From: an uncultured Gemmatimonadales bacterium
GTDB taxonomy: Bacteria; Gemmatimonadota; Gemmatimonadetes; Longimicrobiales; RSA9
DNA length: 64,000 bases
Assembly (NCBI GenBank): GCA_963816355.1
Contig: CAWFKH010000003.1
Span: 32,001-96,000 of the forward strand
Direction: 5' to 3'
In this document: piece by piece, positions 34,818-44,865 of the stretch
How the letters are laid out: each line of letters begins with the position of its first letter
Position numbering within the stretch: position 1 is the stretch's first letter
Notes under the pieces: model-generated
Told to the model about the DNA's origin: nothing
The model's input: the letters and a program-made list of their open reading frames with translations, nothing else
Databases searched by the model: none
Made by a program: the position numbers and the translations under genes

Positions 34818-35926
34818 GCGCCGCCATCCCCGCGGGTGCCGCGCCCCTGGCCGATCTTCCCTCCACGATGCTTGCCGCGCGCCTCGTCGCCGCGGACCGC
34901 TTCGAGCTCGAGCGGCGGCCGGTGCCGCGGCCCGGCGAGGGCGAATTGCTGCTGCGCGTCGACGCGGCGCTCACCTGCGGCACGGACCTCAAGACGCTGC
35001 GCCGCGGCCACCCGCGCCTTCCGCTGCCGGCGCCGATGGGGCACGAAGCCGCCGGCACCGTCGCGGCCGTGGGTTCCGGCGTGCGCCGCTTCCGCACCGG
35101 CGACGCCGTCGTCTTCGTTCCCACGGCGCCGTGCGGCGTGTGCCGCCTCTGCCGCCGCGGCCGGGAGAACCTCTGTCCGGACGCGGTCGGCCGCATGGTG
35201 CTCGGCGCGTTCGCCGAGTACCTGCTCCTCCCGCGCCACGTCGTGCGGCGGCACGTCTTTCCCCGGCCCGATGGGCTCGCCGCCCGGGAGGCCGCCGCGC
35301 TCGAGCCGCTCGCCTGCGTGGTGCACGGCGCCCGCCGCCTGGACCTCGAGCGCGCGGAGACGGTCGCGCTGGTCGGCGACGGCGCGATCGCCCTGCTCTT
35401 CGTACAGGTGGCGCGCGCGCTCGGCGCGCCTCGCATCCTCGTCGCAGGGCGCCACCCCCACCGCCTGGCCGTCGCCGCGGAGCTCGGCGCGGATCGCACC
35501 ATCGAGGTTCCGGAAGGCGACGAAGCGCGACTCCGCGCGGCCGTTTCCCGGGAGACCGGCGGCGCCGGCGCGGACGTCGTCGTCGAGTGCGTCGGCACCC
35601 CCCGGACGTGGGAGCTCGCCTCCAGCCTCGCCGCGGCCGGCGGCGAGGTCCTGCTCTTCGGCGGCTGCGCGGCGGGCACGCACGCGCGCTTCGACACCGA
35701 GCGGCTGCACTACGGCGAGGTCGACCACAGCGCGGCCTTCCACTACGCGCCCGCGGACGTCGCCGACGCGCTCGACCTCCTCGCGCGCGGCACGGTGCGC
35801 GCCGCGCCTCTCGTGACGCACGCGCGGCCGCTTTCCGAGCTCGACGACGCGATCCACCTCGCGCTCTCCCGTGCCGCGATCAAGGTCGCGATCCTGCCCG
35901 GCCGCGACCCGGACGCCGCGCCGTGA
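34814..35926 (+). CDS. Zinc-dependent medium-chain dehydrogenase
   Basis: TCGTD, GHE, CGVCRLC..ENLC, LEPLAC, GDGAI; ATGA overlap. Confidence 0.9.
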   Translation: MSAAIPAGAAPLADLPSTMLAARLVAADRFELERRPVPRPGEGELLLRVDAALTCGTDLKTLRRGHPRLPLPAPMGHEAAGTVAAVGSGVRRFRTGDAVVFVPTAPCGVCRLCRRGRENLCPDAVGRMVLGAFAEYLLLPRHVVRRHVFPRPDGLAAREAAALEPLACVVHGARRLDLERAETVALVGDGAIALLFVQVARALGAPRILVAGRHPHRLAVAAELGADRTIEVPEGDEARLRAAVSRETGGAGADVVVECVGTPRTWELASSLAAAGGEVLLFGGCAAGTHARFDTERLHYGEVDHSAAFHYAPADVADALDLLARGTVRAAPLVTHARPLSELDDAIHLALSRAAIKVAILPGRDPDAAP

Positions 35927-36993
35927 GCGTCGTCCCCGATCGCATGCGCGTCGCCCGTCTTCACGGCTGGGGCGACGTGCGCGTCGAGGAGGCGCCGGTG
36001 CCGCTTCCCGGCGCCGGCGAGGCGCTCGTCCGCATCGACGCGTGCGGCGTCTGCGGCTCCGACGCGCTCGACTGGTACGTCGCCCGCAAGGCAGCCGCGC
36101 GCCCGGTCGTGCTCGGCCACGAGCCGGCGGGCGTCGTCGTCGCGCTCGGCGAGGGCGTCGCCACGCTGAGCGTGGGCGATCGCGTCTTCGTCCACCACCA
36201 CGCCCCCTGCCTCGCCTGCGCCGAATGCCGCCGCGGCCTCTGGTCCAGCTGCGCCACGTGGCGCGGCCGGCACCTCGAGCCGGGCGGCTTCGCCGACTAC
36301 GCCCTCGCCTCGGCGACCACCGTCGCCCACGACACGCTCGTCCTGCCCGACGCGATGGAGATGGAGACCGCCAGCTTCATCGAGCCAGTGGCGTGCGGCG
36401 TCCGCGCCGTGCGCCGCCACGGCCGCATCGAGCGCGACGACGTCGTCCTCGTCGTCGGCCTCGGCGCGATGGGCCTGCTCATCGCGCAGATCGCACGCGA
36501 CGCCGGCGCCCGCGCGGTCGTCGGCAGTGACTTCCTTCCCGACCGCCGCGAGCTCGCCGCCCGCATCGCGGTCGACATCGCCCTCGATCCGCGCGCCGCC
36601 GCCGTCGCCGCCACCGCCCGCGAGCTGTCCGGCGGCCGCGGCGCCGACGTCGTCGTCGTATGCCCGGGCGATGCCGCCGCCGTGAAGGCGGGCATCGACG
36701 CCGCCGCCCCGGGCGCGCGCGTCGTCTGCTTCACGCCGCTGCCGCCGGAGAGCCCGCTCGACCTCGACCTGTCCAGCCTCTACTTCCGCGAGATCACCCT
36801 CACCCAGAGCTACTCCTGCGGCCCTGACGAAACGCGCGAGGCGCTGCGCCTGCTGAGCGAGGGCCGCCTCGACGTCGCGCCGCTCGTCACCCACCGCGTC
36901 GGCCTCGGCGGCGTGGGAGACGCCATCCTCCGCGCGGCGGGGAAGGGAAGCGTGGCGGGAATCAAGACGATCGTCTTCCCCGCCCGCGAGTAG
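35923..36993 (+). CDS. Zinc-dependent medium-chain dehydrogenase (paralog)
   Basis: CGSD, GHE, CLACAEC..SSC, IEPVAC, GLGAMG; GTGA overlap. Confidence 0.9.
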   Translation: MSVVPDRMRVARLHGWGDVRVEEAPVPLPGAGEALVRIDACGVCGSDALDWYVARKAAARPVVLGHEPAGVVVALGEGVATLSVGDRVFVHHHAPCLACAECRRGLWSSCATWRGRHLEPGGFADYALASATTVAHDTLVLPDAMEMETASFIEPVACGVRAVRRHGRIERDDVVLVVGLGAMGLLIAQIARDAGARAVVGSDFLPDRRELAARIAVDIALDPRAAAVAATARELSGGRGADVVVVCPGDAAAVKAGIDAAAPGARVVCFTPLPPESPLDLDLSSLYFREITLTQSYSCGPDETREALRLLSEGRLDVAPLVTHRVGLGGVGDAILRAAGKGSVAGIKTIVFPARE

Positions 36994-37073
36994 CGGGACC
37001 TGGATCGGACCGCCGCGATGGGGGTCCGGCGGCGTTTCCGAACGCGCGCCGCAGAGGCCGTAGCGCCCGCCAT

Positions 37074-37089
37074 CGGCCCTCCCGTTGCA
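37074..37089 (+). promoter_or_regulatory. Putative sigma54 promoter
   Basis: CGGCCCTCCCGTTGCA (GG-N10-GC, TTGCA). Confidence 0.4.
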
Positions 37090-37152
37090 CGCTTCTTGCG
37101 ATTAAATGACGTGCTCACAATGACTTACAAGCATACGAACCGAGAGGTACCC

Positions 37153-37737
37153 ATGGCACGCGAGCTGGAAGGCAAGAAGGTCGCGATCCTGCTGACCGAC
37201 GGCTTCGAACAGGTGGAGATGACGGAACCGCGGCGCGCGCTGCAGGAGGCGGGCGCGGAGACCGACCTCGTCTCACCCAAGGACGGCGAGGTGAAGGGGT
37301 GGAACCACACGGAGTGGGGCGACACGTTCGACGTGGACGTGGCGCTGGAAGGGGCGCGGCCGGAGGCGTACGACGCGCTGCTGCTGCCGGGCGGGGTGAT
37401 GAACCCGGATCAGCTGCGCATGGACGAGCGGGCGGTGAGCTTCACGCGTTCGTTCTTCGAAAGCGGCAAGCCGGTGGCGGCGATCTGCCACGGGCCGTGG
37501 ACGCTGGTCGAGGCGGACGTGGTTCGCGGCCGGACGGTGACGTCGTGGCCGTCGCTGCGGACGGACCTGCGCAACGCGGGCGCGGAGTGGGTGGACCGCG
37601 AGGTGGTGACGGACCACGGTCTGGTCACCAGCCGCAAGCCGGATGACCTGCCGGCCTTCAACCGCAAGATGATCGAGGAGTTCGCCGAAGGCGTGCACGA
37701 AGAGCAGCGCCGCCCCGCCGGCGCCGGCGTCGCCTAG
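37153..37737 (+). CDS. DJ-1/PfpI family protein (glyoxalase III/deglycase-like)
   Basis: DGFEQVE, LLPGGVMNPDQLR, AICHGPW, TSRKPDD. Confidence 0.94.
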   Translation: MARELEGKKVAILLTDGFEQVEMTEPRRALQEAGAETDLVSPKDGEVKGWNHTEWGDTFDVDVALEGARPEAYDALLLPGGVMNPDQLRMDERAVSFTRSFFESGKPVAAICHGPWTLVEADVVRGRTVTSWPSLRTDLRNAGAEWVDREVVTDHGLVTSRKPDDLPAFNRKMIEEFAEGVHEEQRRPAGAGVA

Positions 37738-38597
37738 GGCCGGGATCCGTCGGGGGCCGGTGGGTTCACCTTCACGTCCTTGACGTCGATCTCCATGTGC
37801 ATGCCGCCGCCTGCGAGCATCTTCTGGAGCCGCTCCATCTGCGGCCCCATCATCTTCTCCATCATCTGCTTCTGGGCGTCCGGCATGTCCTTCATCTGCG
37901 CCTGGAGCTGATCGAGCGACTGCTGCGCCTTCGCCCGGTCCTCGGGACTCATGGCATTCTCGATGCCCTGCATGTCCATGGTCGTGTGGAACGGGTAGAG
38001 GAGGCCATCAATGTCGCGGTAGTCCTCCATGTCCATCACCATGGTGACGGCGGTCGTCTGCCCGTTCACCGCCATCTGCCCGCCGACGCGGATCCGGCGC
38101 GGGACGTACTGCGCCTTGTCCAGGAAGATCACCATCGTCTGCGGCGTGAAGCCGCTGTTGTCCGCGGCGCGCTTCCAGACGGAGATGCCGGAGAGGTCGT
38201 CGATCTGGATGACGTGGCTGGCGTGGCCGTCGACCGCCTCGCTCCCCTTCAGGGTCGCGCGCTCGGCGAGCTCCGGGAAGGAGCCGTAGACGTCCGCCTC
38301 CTGTGCCGCGGAGCGCTGCTGCGGCTTCAGCGCGACGCCGTTGCCCTCCATGCTGACGCTGGAGCTGAAGACGGGCGGGTCGCTGCCCTCGACGCGCGTG
38401 AAGTGCGCCGTGGCCTGCATGCCCATCATCTCCTGTACGACGGTATAGGAGTCGATGCCCTTCATGCGGCTGGCGTAGCGGTCCATCGCCGTGCGCAGGA
38501 GGTCGCCGGCCGATTGCGCGGCGGCGGGCCGCGGCGCCACTGTGCAGAGCAGGCCGAGCAGCAGCGGGACGAGAGGAAGTCGGCGTCGTGGATTCAT
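37734..38597 (-). CDS. Secreted hypothetical protein, probable LolA-like fold with a Met-rich helical insert
   Basis: Signal peptide ending AAA-Q; GSEAVDG..HVI and DYRDIDGLLYPF are typical of lipoprotein-sorting-like proteins. Confidence 0.65.
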   Translation of the reverse strand: MNPRRRLPLVPLLLGLLCTVAPRPAAAQSAGDLLRTAMDRYASRMKGIDSYTVVQEMMGMQATAHFTRVEGSDPPVFSSSVSMEGNGVALKPQQRSAAQEADVYGSFPELAERATLKGSEAVDGHASHVIQIDDLSGISVWKRAADNSGFTPQTMVIFLDKAQYVPRRIRVGGQMAVNGQTTAVTMVMDMEDYRDIDGLLYPFHTTMDMQGIENAMSPEDRAKAQQSLDQLQAQMKDMPDAQKQMMEKMMGPQMERLQKMLAGGGMHMEIDVKDVKVNPPAPDGSRP

Positions 38598-38602
38598 GAG
38601 GA

Positions 38603-38631
38603 ATCCTGCCTCACACCCGCCCCGCTGTCAA
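38603..38631 (-). promoter_or_regulatory. sigma70-type promoter, probably leaderless
   Basis: TTGACA-N17-CAGGAT, ending 5 nt before the ATG; no ribosome-binding site. Confidence 0.5.
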
Positions 38632-38645
38632 TTCACCCCCGTCCG

Positions 38646-41597
38646 TCACCGCCGCGGAGATCCCGCGTCGCCCTTCTTGAACCGCTTCTCCTGCACCAGG
38701 TAGGGCAGGCCGTCGGTGATCCAGTCCGGCGCCGGCTCGCCCTTCAGGTAGTGAGCGAACCACGCCATGATCCGCCGGTGGTAGTCGATCTGGTCCGGCT
38801 TCTTCGACAGCCCGTGGTTCTCGCCGTTGTATACGAGCAGCACGAGGTCCTTCTTCGCGCGCCGCGCCGCGTTGTAGAACTCGACGGCCTGGTTGAAGTC
38901 GACGGCGCCATCCTTCGTCCCGTCCTCGACCAGCAGCGGCGTGTTCAGCTTCTCGATGTTGAAGACGGGCGAATTGGCGCGGTAGGCGTCGAGGTCCTTC
39001 CAGAACGGGACCTCCATGCGGCCCTGACTGATCTCGAAGATGCGCGCGTCGGTGCTGCCGGAGTTCCAGTAGACCGACAGGTACATGCTGTAGAGGTCGG
39101 TGAGCGGTGCGCCGGCGACGGCGGCGGCGAAGACGTCCGTCTGCGTCACCGTGAACGCGGTCTGGTAACCGCCCCACGAGTGCCCGATCAGACCCACGCG
39201 CTGCGGGTCGATGTCGCCGCGCTGCAGCACGGTCTTCACCGCCGGGACGATCGCGTCGACGGCGGAGAGGCCCGGATTCCGGTCGCGGTAGACGATGTCA
39301 GGCTGGAAGACGAAGTACCCCTCCTGGGTGAAGTCGGTGAAGTTGTAGTAGCTGCGCTCCGACGGCTCCGAGTAGTTGTGCACGCTCGGCGAGCGGATCT
39401 CGTAGATGTAGACGATCATCGGGTATTTCTTCCCCGGCTGGTAGCCGGCCGGGTAGTAGAGCGAGCCCTGCAGCCGCCGCCCCTCCGCGTTGCGGAACTC
39501 GACCAGCTCGGAGCGGCCCCAGGCGTACTCCGTCTGGAAGGGGTTCGTGTGCGTCACCTGGGACGCGCCGCGCAGATCCGGTCCGCCGACGAAGTAGTCC
39601 GGCGAGTCGTCGAAGTCTTCGGCGGTGTAGCCGTAGACGTCGGCGTCCTTCGCCTTGAGCAGCCGGCTCACGTTCTCGTCCGCCCACACCAGACGCCGCG
39701 GCTTCTCTCCCGGCCGGGCGCGGGCGTAGCCGTACTTCTTCGACCATTCGCCATACGTCCAGTAGTAGATCGGCTGTGACGGATCGATCGCGTCCGCTTC
39801 GGGATCGAGCGTGACGACGCGGTAGCGCACGCTGTCCGCGGCGCCGTCCGTGAGCCGCTCGGCGCCCGAGCCGTCCGGCGCCACGCGCCACACGTCGTAC
39901 TTCGAGTCGAGCAGCACCGCCCGGTCCCCCTTCAGCCAGCCGCCGTCGCCGTACGGCGGCTTCTCGGCGATCGTGTGATCGTCCTCGACGTCTACGAAGG
40001 GCGTGCCGAGCTTTCCGGTCAGGTCGAGCCTCGCGCCGCTCCGCACGTCGTAGCTCCAGTAGTCGCCGCCGTCGACGTAGAGCAGATAGCGCCCATCCGG
40101 GCTCACGCCGCGGAAATACTGCACCTTCTCGAGCGCCTTCGTGCGCGCGCCCGTCGCGAGATCCGCCACGTAGACGTCCTCGTACGCCGGCCCGAACATC
40201 GCACTCTCCAGGTACGGGGCGCGGTCGAGCACGACCGCGGTGCGGTCGTTCGCGCTCAGGCGCACGTCCTCGTCCGGCCCGTTTCCGAGCCGCACGAAAG
40301 CGCCGTCGTCCAGGTTCCATGCGGCCAGGTCGTTGCGCTCCCGGTAGCGCGCGTTGCGCGCCTTCTGCTCCGGGATGATCTCGCGGTCCTTCGCGTGCCA
40401 GATCTCGACCGCGGGCTTTTCCTCTCCCTCGTCGGCCGCCGGCCCGCCCTTCGTCTGCGACGCGGCGTCCGCCTTCCCCGCGCCCGTCGCCGCGCCCTCC
40501 TTCGCGGCGCCCGTCCTTGCTCCCGCGCTGTCCGCCTCCGCCGCGCGCGCTTCCGGCTCCTCCTTCGCCTCGCGCGCCTTGATGCCGAAGAAGAGCGCGG
40601 AGCCGTCCTTCGCCCAGCGCAGCGGCCGGAAGTCGACGATACGCAGGCCCGCCGGGAATCCACTGGCGCCCGCCGGGTCGAAGACGCGTGCGCGTCGATC
40701 GCTGCGGGCGACGTCCCGCCACGCGAGGACGACGTGCGCGGAGTCGGCCCAGCCGGAGTCGGCCACCGCCTTCAGCACGGCGAGGTCCGGATGGTCCTTG
40801 CGCCACGCGAGATCGCCGTAGCCGGCGGCGCCGGAGTCGAGCGGCCGCAGCGTGCCGGTGCCGGCGTCGTAGAGCTGAACGCCGCGTCCCGTCGCATCCG
40901 CGTCGTCGACGACCATCGCCAGCAGCGCGCCATGGTCCGCCCACTCGAACGACGCCACGTGGCCGAAGTGGAGGTCGCGCTTCGTCGTCAGGTCCCGCAC
41001 CAGCAGGTCGCTCCCGTGCTCGCCCTCGGCCGGGTGCCGCTGTACCGCCGCGTAGTGGCCGTCGCCGCTGAACGCGACCCGCCCGGCGTCCGGGATCAGC
41101 ACCGTGTCCCCCCGCTCGAGGTCGAGCAGCCCGGCGTCGCCGTGGACCGGCTTCTTCGCCTTCTCGAGCTTCTTTCGCTCCGCCTCCGAGACGCCGATCT
41201 CGTACGCCGCCCACCGGCCGTCCTTCGAGAACACGCCATTCTGGCCGTGGGCGACGACGACGACGGAGTCCGTCCCCACGCGCCGGATCCGCAGCTCGTT
41301 CTCCTCGTTCGTGCGCGAGATCGGCACGGCGAGCCAGCGGCCGCGCGGCGACAGCGTCGCGAAGCCGAGACGCTCCCACCGGCCGTAGTCGGCGGGGGCG
41401 AGCGTGCGCAGCGCCGCGCCCGGCGCGGCGGGCGTGTCGGCGGCGATCGAGTCGGCGGCCGGGCGCGCCGCCGCCGCCGGGACGCCCGCCTGCTGCGCCC
41501 GCAGGCACCACGGCGACGCCGGCAGCGCGGCGGCGAAGGCGAAGACGACGATGCGGGTGCGGAAGGGGGTCGGGAGGTGAGACGTGCGACGTCGCAT
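38646..41597 (-). CDS. Secreted S9-family (prolyl oligopeptidase/acylaminoacyl) peptidase
   Basis: GHSWGG nucleophile motif, DGAVD, ENHG; N-terminal propeller; signal peptide. Confidence 0.92.
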   Translation of the reverse strand: MRRRTSHLPTPFRTRIVVFAFAAALPASPWCLRAQQAGVPAAAARPAADSIAADTPAAPGAALRTLAPADYGRWERLGFATLSPRGRWLAVPISRTNEENELRIRRVGTDSVVVVAHGQNGVFSKDGRWAAYEIGVSEAERKKLEKAKKPVHGDAGLLDLERGDTVLIPDAGRVAFSGDGHYAAVQRHPAEGEHGSDLLVRDLTTKRDLHFGHVASFEWADHGALLAMVVDDADATGRGVQLYDAGTGTLRPLDSGAAGYGDLAWRKDHPDLAVLKAVADSGWADSAHVVLAWRDVARSDRRARVFDPAGASGFPAGLRIVDFRPLRWAKDGSALFFGIKAREAKEEPEARAAEADSAGARTGAAKEGAATGAGKADAASQTKGGPAADEGEEKPAVEIWHAKDREIIPEQKARNARYRERNDLAAWNLDDGAFVRLGNGPDEDVRLSANDRTAVVLDRAPYLESAMFGPAYEDVYVADLATGARTKALEKVQYFRGVSPDGRYLLYVDGGDYWSYDVRSGARLDLTGKLGTPFVDVEDDHTIAEKPPYGDGGWLKGDRAVLLDSKYDVWRVAPDGSGAERLTDGAADSVRYRVVTLDPEADAIDPSQPIYYWTYGEWSKKYGYARARPGEKPRRLVWADENVSRLLKAKDADVYGYTAEDFDDSPDYFVGGPDLRGASQVTHTNPFQTEYAWGRSELVEFRNAEGRRLQGSLYYPAGYQPGKKYPMIVYIYEIRSPSVHNYSEPSERSYYNFTDFTQEGYFVFQPDIVYRDRNPGLSAVDAIVPAVKTVLQRGDIDPQRVGLIGHSWGGYQTAFTVTQTDVFAAAVAGAPLTDLYSMYLSVYWNSGSTDARIFEISQGRMEVPFWKDLDAYRANSPVFNIEKLNTPLLVEDGTKDGAVDFNQAVEFYNAARRAKKDLVLLVYNGENHGLSKKPDQIDYHRRIMAWFAHYLKGEPAPDWITDGLPYLVQEKRFKKGDAGSPRR

Positions 41598-41930
41598 GGC
41601 GGATCTCCTGCGCTCGAGACGGGGCCGCCGTCCGAGGCGGCGCTCGACTGGACCGCAAAGATAGACGCGCCGTGCTGCGTCCGCACGCCCGCGCCGTCCA
41701 GCCGCCGGATCGGCTGCGGGCGGGCGGAGCGCCGCCCAAGAAGCCGAGCGGGCCGAACGGGCCGCGTCGCGCGCGATCGCGGCCGCCTCGTGCGACGTGG
41801 CCCTCGCGGTCCTATGTTACGGCACGCACGCGCCGGCGGAGCCCCACCGCTTCGGCGACCCGACGTCGGAGCCGTTCGGCTTTCCGTGCATCGTCGGCCA
41901 GGATCGCGACCGTCCCATCCCGATCGGAGG

Positions 41931-42509
41931 ATGACTTTGCCATCGCGAGAGGAAGCGCTGCAGCTGCTCGAGGAGTGGGTGCCGAACGCGAACCTGCGCG
42001 GCCACATGAAGGCGGTGGAGGCCGCCGTGCGCAGCTACGCGCGTCGCTTCGGCGAGGACGAGGAGCGCTGGGGGCTGGCGGGGCTGCTGCACGACCTCGA
42101 CTGGGAGAAGTATCCGGAGGAGCACCCGCTGCGCGCCGTCGAGGCGCTGCGCGAGCGTGGCTACCCCGAGGAGATCCTCCACGCCATCCTCGCCCATCGC
42201 GCCGACTTCACCGGCGTGCAGCCGGAGACGAAGCTCGACCGCACGCTGCTCGCCTGCGACGAGGTCACCGGCATGGTCACCGCCACCGCGCTGGTGCGGC
42301 CGACGGGGATCGACGACCTGACGCCAAAGTCGGTGAAGAAGAAGCTGAAGGACTCGACGTTCGCGAAGGGCGTCGACCGCGAGGAGGTTCGCCACGGCGC
42401 CGAGCTGCTGGGCGTCGAGCTGACCGAGCACATCCAGAACGTGATCGACGCGATGCGCGGCATCGGCGAGGAGCTGGGGCTCACCGGCCCGCAGGTGAGC
42501 GGCGGCTGA
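41931..42509 (+). CDS. HD-domain (HDIG) hydrolase
   Basis: LRGHM, GLLHDLDWE, AILAH, ACDE, KSVKKKLKD..FAKGV; GGAGG ribosome-binding site. Confidence 0.9.
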   Translation: MTLPSREEALQLLEEWVPNANLRGHMKAVEAAVRSYARRFGEDEERWGLAGLLHDLDWEKYPEEHPLRAVEALRERGYPEEILHAILAHRADFTGVQPETKLDRTLLACDEVTGMVTATALVRPTGIDDLTPKSVKKKLKDSTFAKGVDREEVRHGAELLGVELTEHIQNVIDAMRGIGEELGLTGPQVSGG

Positions 42510-42586
42510 GGGAGGTCGAGCGCATTCCGGTCCCGCTCGCGACGAGGGGGACGTTTCCGTCTTCCACCCACGAAAGAGGTAGAGCC

Positions 42587-43993
42587 ATGGAGCGCTCCCC
42601 GGTCCAGGGATACCCCCAGATGTCGTTCCCGAGCGAACGGGTGAGGACCGGCGAAGCTCCGCCCGTGCCCACCCTGCCGTCGACCTGGGAGGCGACCGCC
42701 CTCCTCCACCCGTACGGCCCGCCGCCGAGCGACGGATCGGGCGGCGATGTCCCCTTCTACCAGATGTGCGTCGCGAAGATCGGCTACAAGGAGGGCGTGG
42801 TATTGTCCGCGCAGCTCACCGGCGTCGACTCGGGCGGGACGTGGTGGTACAAGGTCACGCCGCAGGGCACCACGGTGTCGACCGACCAGGGCAAGACGTG
42901 GAGCACGATCGACATCGGCTGGACGCTGCCGACGACGAGCTGGTTCTCGAGCGCGGCCGGCGCCACGTGGTTCGCGTCCGCGCCGATCAACTGGATGTCG
43001 AATCAGAGCTACGACTGGTGGAAGCAGCCGGTCCCCAACTCGAACGCGACCACCTGGATGTGGGCGGGAAGCAACGGCCTGCCCTTCCGCCTCATGTTCG
43101 GCGCGCCGCCGCCCACGCCGACGACGGGCGACCCCGCCCAGCTCGCCCTCTTCCAGAACTTCTCCTTCACCTATTTCCCGGCCTTTCAGGCGGTGTCGTC
43201 GCCAAACGTCGAGCAGTGGACGCCGCCGCAAATCCCCGGCTTCCAGTTCGGCAACCCCGAGGGATACGAGCTGGTCGTGTGGCGGCCGAGCTTCGGCATG
43301 ACCACGCTGATGACGCCGGTCGATTCGAAGAGCTTCCCGCTGCCGACCATCGTCATGTACCAGTGGAAGCCGGACGCGGATTACCGCCTCCTCACCGACC
43401 GGGCGCAGGCGACCTTCATGTACTACGTCTACAATCCCGGCTCCGGCATCGATTCGCAGGAGGCCGACCTCTTCGGCGCCGCGCCCGCCGGCGTCAACCC
43501 GCCGCCGAACTCCGGGAACGGCTTCCTGATCACGGGAAAGACGGATGGCACGCAGACGTGCGAGTCGATGGGGCTCGGCGAGGAGCCGCCGAACTGGGCG
43601 GGGATCCCGGCCGTGCAGGGGACGATCCACGCCACCGTCACGAACAATCCTGCGCTCTGCCCGGGCGAGGTCGTGACGATCATCTCCGTGCTCTTCCCAC
43701 CCACCCCCGAGTATCCGGACGGACGCTTCCTGTGGACGTGGTACAGCCCGTTCCCGGGCTCGAACGGCACCCACAGCCGGCCGGTCACCTTCATGGAATC
43801 CGCGTCCAGCATCGCGGAGGGCGGGACGAGCCTCGCGCTCGCCGACTACTTCACCTACGCGGAGTTCGACACACCGATCGACCCCGGGATCTTCACCCTG
43901 CCGTCGGAGTGCAGCGGTGCCGGAAAGGCGGCCGCGAAGCGGCACCTGCTCGTGGCCCGCCACGCGGCGCACCCCTCGCCCCGCAGCCTGTAG
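42587..43993 (+). CDS. Hypothetical Trp/Pro/Thr-rich protein with two related halves
   Basis: GAGGT ribosome-binding site; atypical composition; 468 aa open frame. Confidence 0.8.
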   Translation: MERSPVQGYPQMSFPSERVRTGEAPPVPTLPSTWEATALLHPYGPPPSDGSGGDVPFYQMCVAKIGYKEGVVLSAQLTGVDSGGTWWYKVTPQGTTVSTDQGKTWSTIDIGWTLPTTSWFSSAAGATWFASAPINWMSNQSYDWWKQPVPNSNATTWMWAGSNGLPFRLMFGAPPPTPTTGDPAQLALFQNFSFTYFPAFQAVSSPNVEQWTPPQIPGFQFGNPEGYELVVWRPSFGMTTLMTPVDSKSFPLPTIVMYQWKPDADYRLLTDRAQATFMYYVYNPGSGIDSQEADLFGAAPAGVNPPPNSGNGFLITGKTDGTQTCESMGLGEEPPNWAGIPAVQGTIHATVTNNPALCPGEVVTIISVLFPPTPEYPDGRFLWTWYSPFPGSNGTHSRPVTFMESASSIAEGGTSLALADYFTYAEFDTPIDPGIFTLPSECSGAGKAAAKRHLLVARHAAHPSPRSL

Positions 43994-44002
43994 GGAGGGC
44001 GC

Positions 44003-44050
44003 CCGTCGCGGCGCGCCGGCGCCATGCCGTCGCGGCGCGCCGGCGCCATG
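44003..44050 (+). repeat. 24-bp tandem duplication CCGTCGCGGCGCGCCGGCGCCATG x2
   Basis: Exact copies at 44003-44026 and 44027-44050. Confidence 0.85.
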
Positions 44051-44070
44051 CCGCCGCCGTGCAGTGAAGA

Positions 44071-44107
44071 CGAAGCGCCCGCCCCCGTAGCAGGGGCGGG
44101 CGCTTCG
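44071..44107. terminator. Hairpin between convergent genes, probable terminator
   Basis: Perfect 15-bp stem CGAAGCGCCCGCCCC/GGGGCGGGCGCTTCG with a 7-nt loop. Confidence 0.75.
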
Positions 44108-44179
44108 GACGGCTCGGAGGCGGGCGCCGCTCGTTCGCGTGCGCCCGGCCGCCCGGCCGGGACCGTGGCCCGCGAGACG

Positions 44180-44551
44180 TCAGCGGCTGCTGGCCGCCTT
44201 CTCGACGCGGTCGACGACCTTGTCGATTCCCGCGATCAACTTCACCACGTCACCCTTCCCCTCGGCGCCCGCCAGATCCTGCGCGAACTGCAGCAGCACG
44301 CCGCGGATGGCGTCCCGGTTCGCGCCGCGGGCGCGGCGTCGGCGCGGACCACCGGCGCGGCCCCGGCGGGGTGGCGACATGCGCCGCTTGACCTGCAGCG
44401 GATAGCGCGCGTTGAACTGCCGTGGGCTCAGCTTCTCGATCGACTTGTCGACCTTGGTCGCCTTCTGAAAGAGGTCGCTCGTCGCGACACTCGGGTTCTT
44501 CTTGATCTCGTCCTCCACCATCTTCATGACCTTCTCGTTCACGTCGGCCAT
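44180..44551 (-). CDS. Small basic hypothetical protein (123 aa)
   Basis: GGAGG ribosome-binding site; upstream TTGACA (tgtcaa at 44624-44629); Lys-rich helices and an Arg-rich linker. Confidence 0.8.
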   Translation of the reverse strand: MADVNEKVMKMVEDEIKKNPSVATSDLFQKATKVDKSIEKLSPRQFNARYPLQVKRRMSPPRRGRAGGPRRRRARGANRDAIRGVLLQFAQDLAGAEGKGDVVKLIAGIDKVVDRVEKAASSR

Positions 44552-44865
44552 GCATCGCCTCCATGCGGGAACGGGTACGCAAATTGTCGAGTGTGGCTGC
44601 AATTAGCGGCTTCGCGCCTCCAATGTCAAGGAATATGACGAAGGAGCGCCCGCGGCATCGCTGGAGCAGCCGCGCGGCGTCCCTGAGAAGCTGCGCGGCG
44701 CCTCGCGAAAAGGCACGCGGCCGGCTTCGCGGGCGAGGATCGCCGCGCGACGGGTCGCGCACGCGCCCTCTCCGGTGGTTTGCCGGCGACGACCTCGCCC
44801 CTATATTGTCGCGCGCCCGGGGCCGGTGGCGCGGGCGCGAGAGACACGGGAGCCGACGGAGCTCA

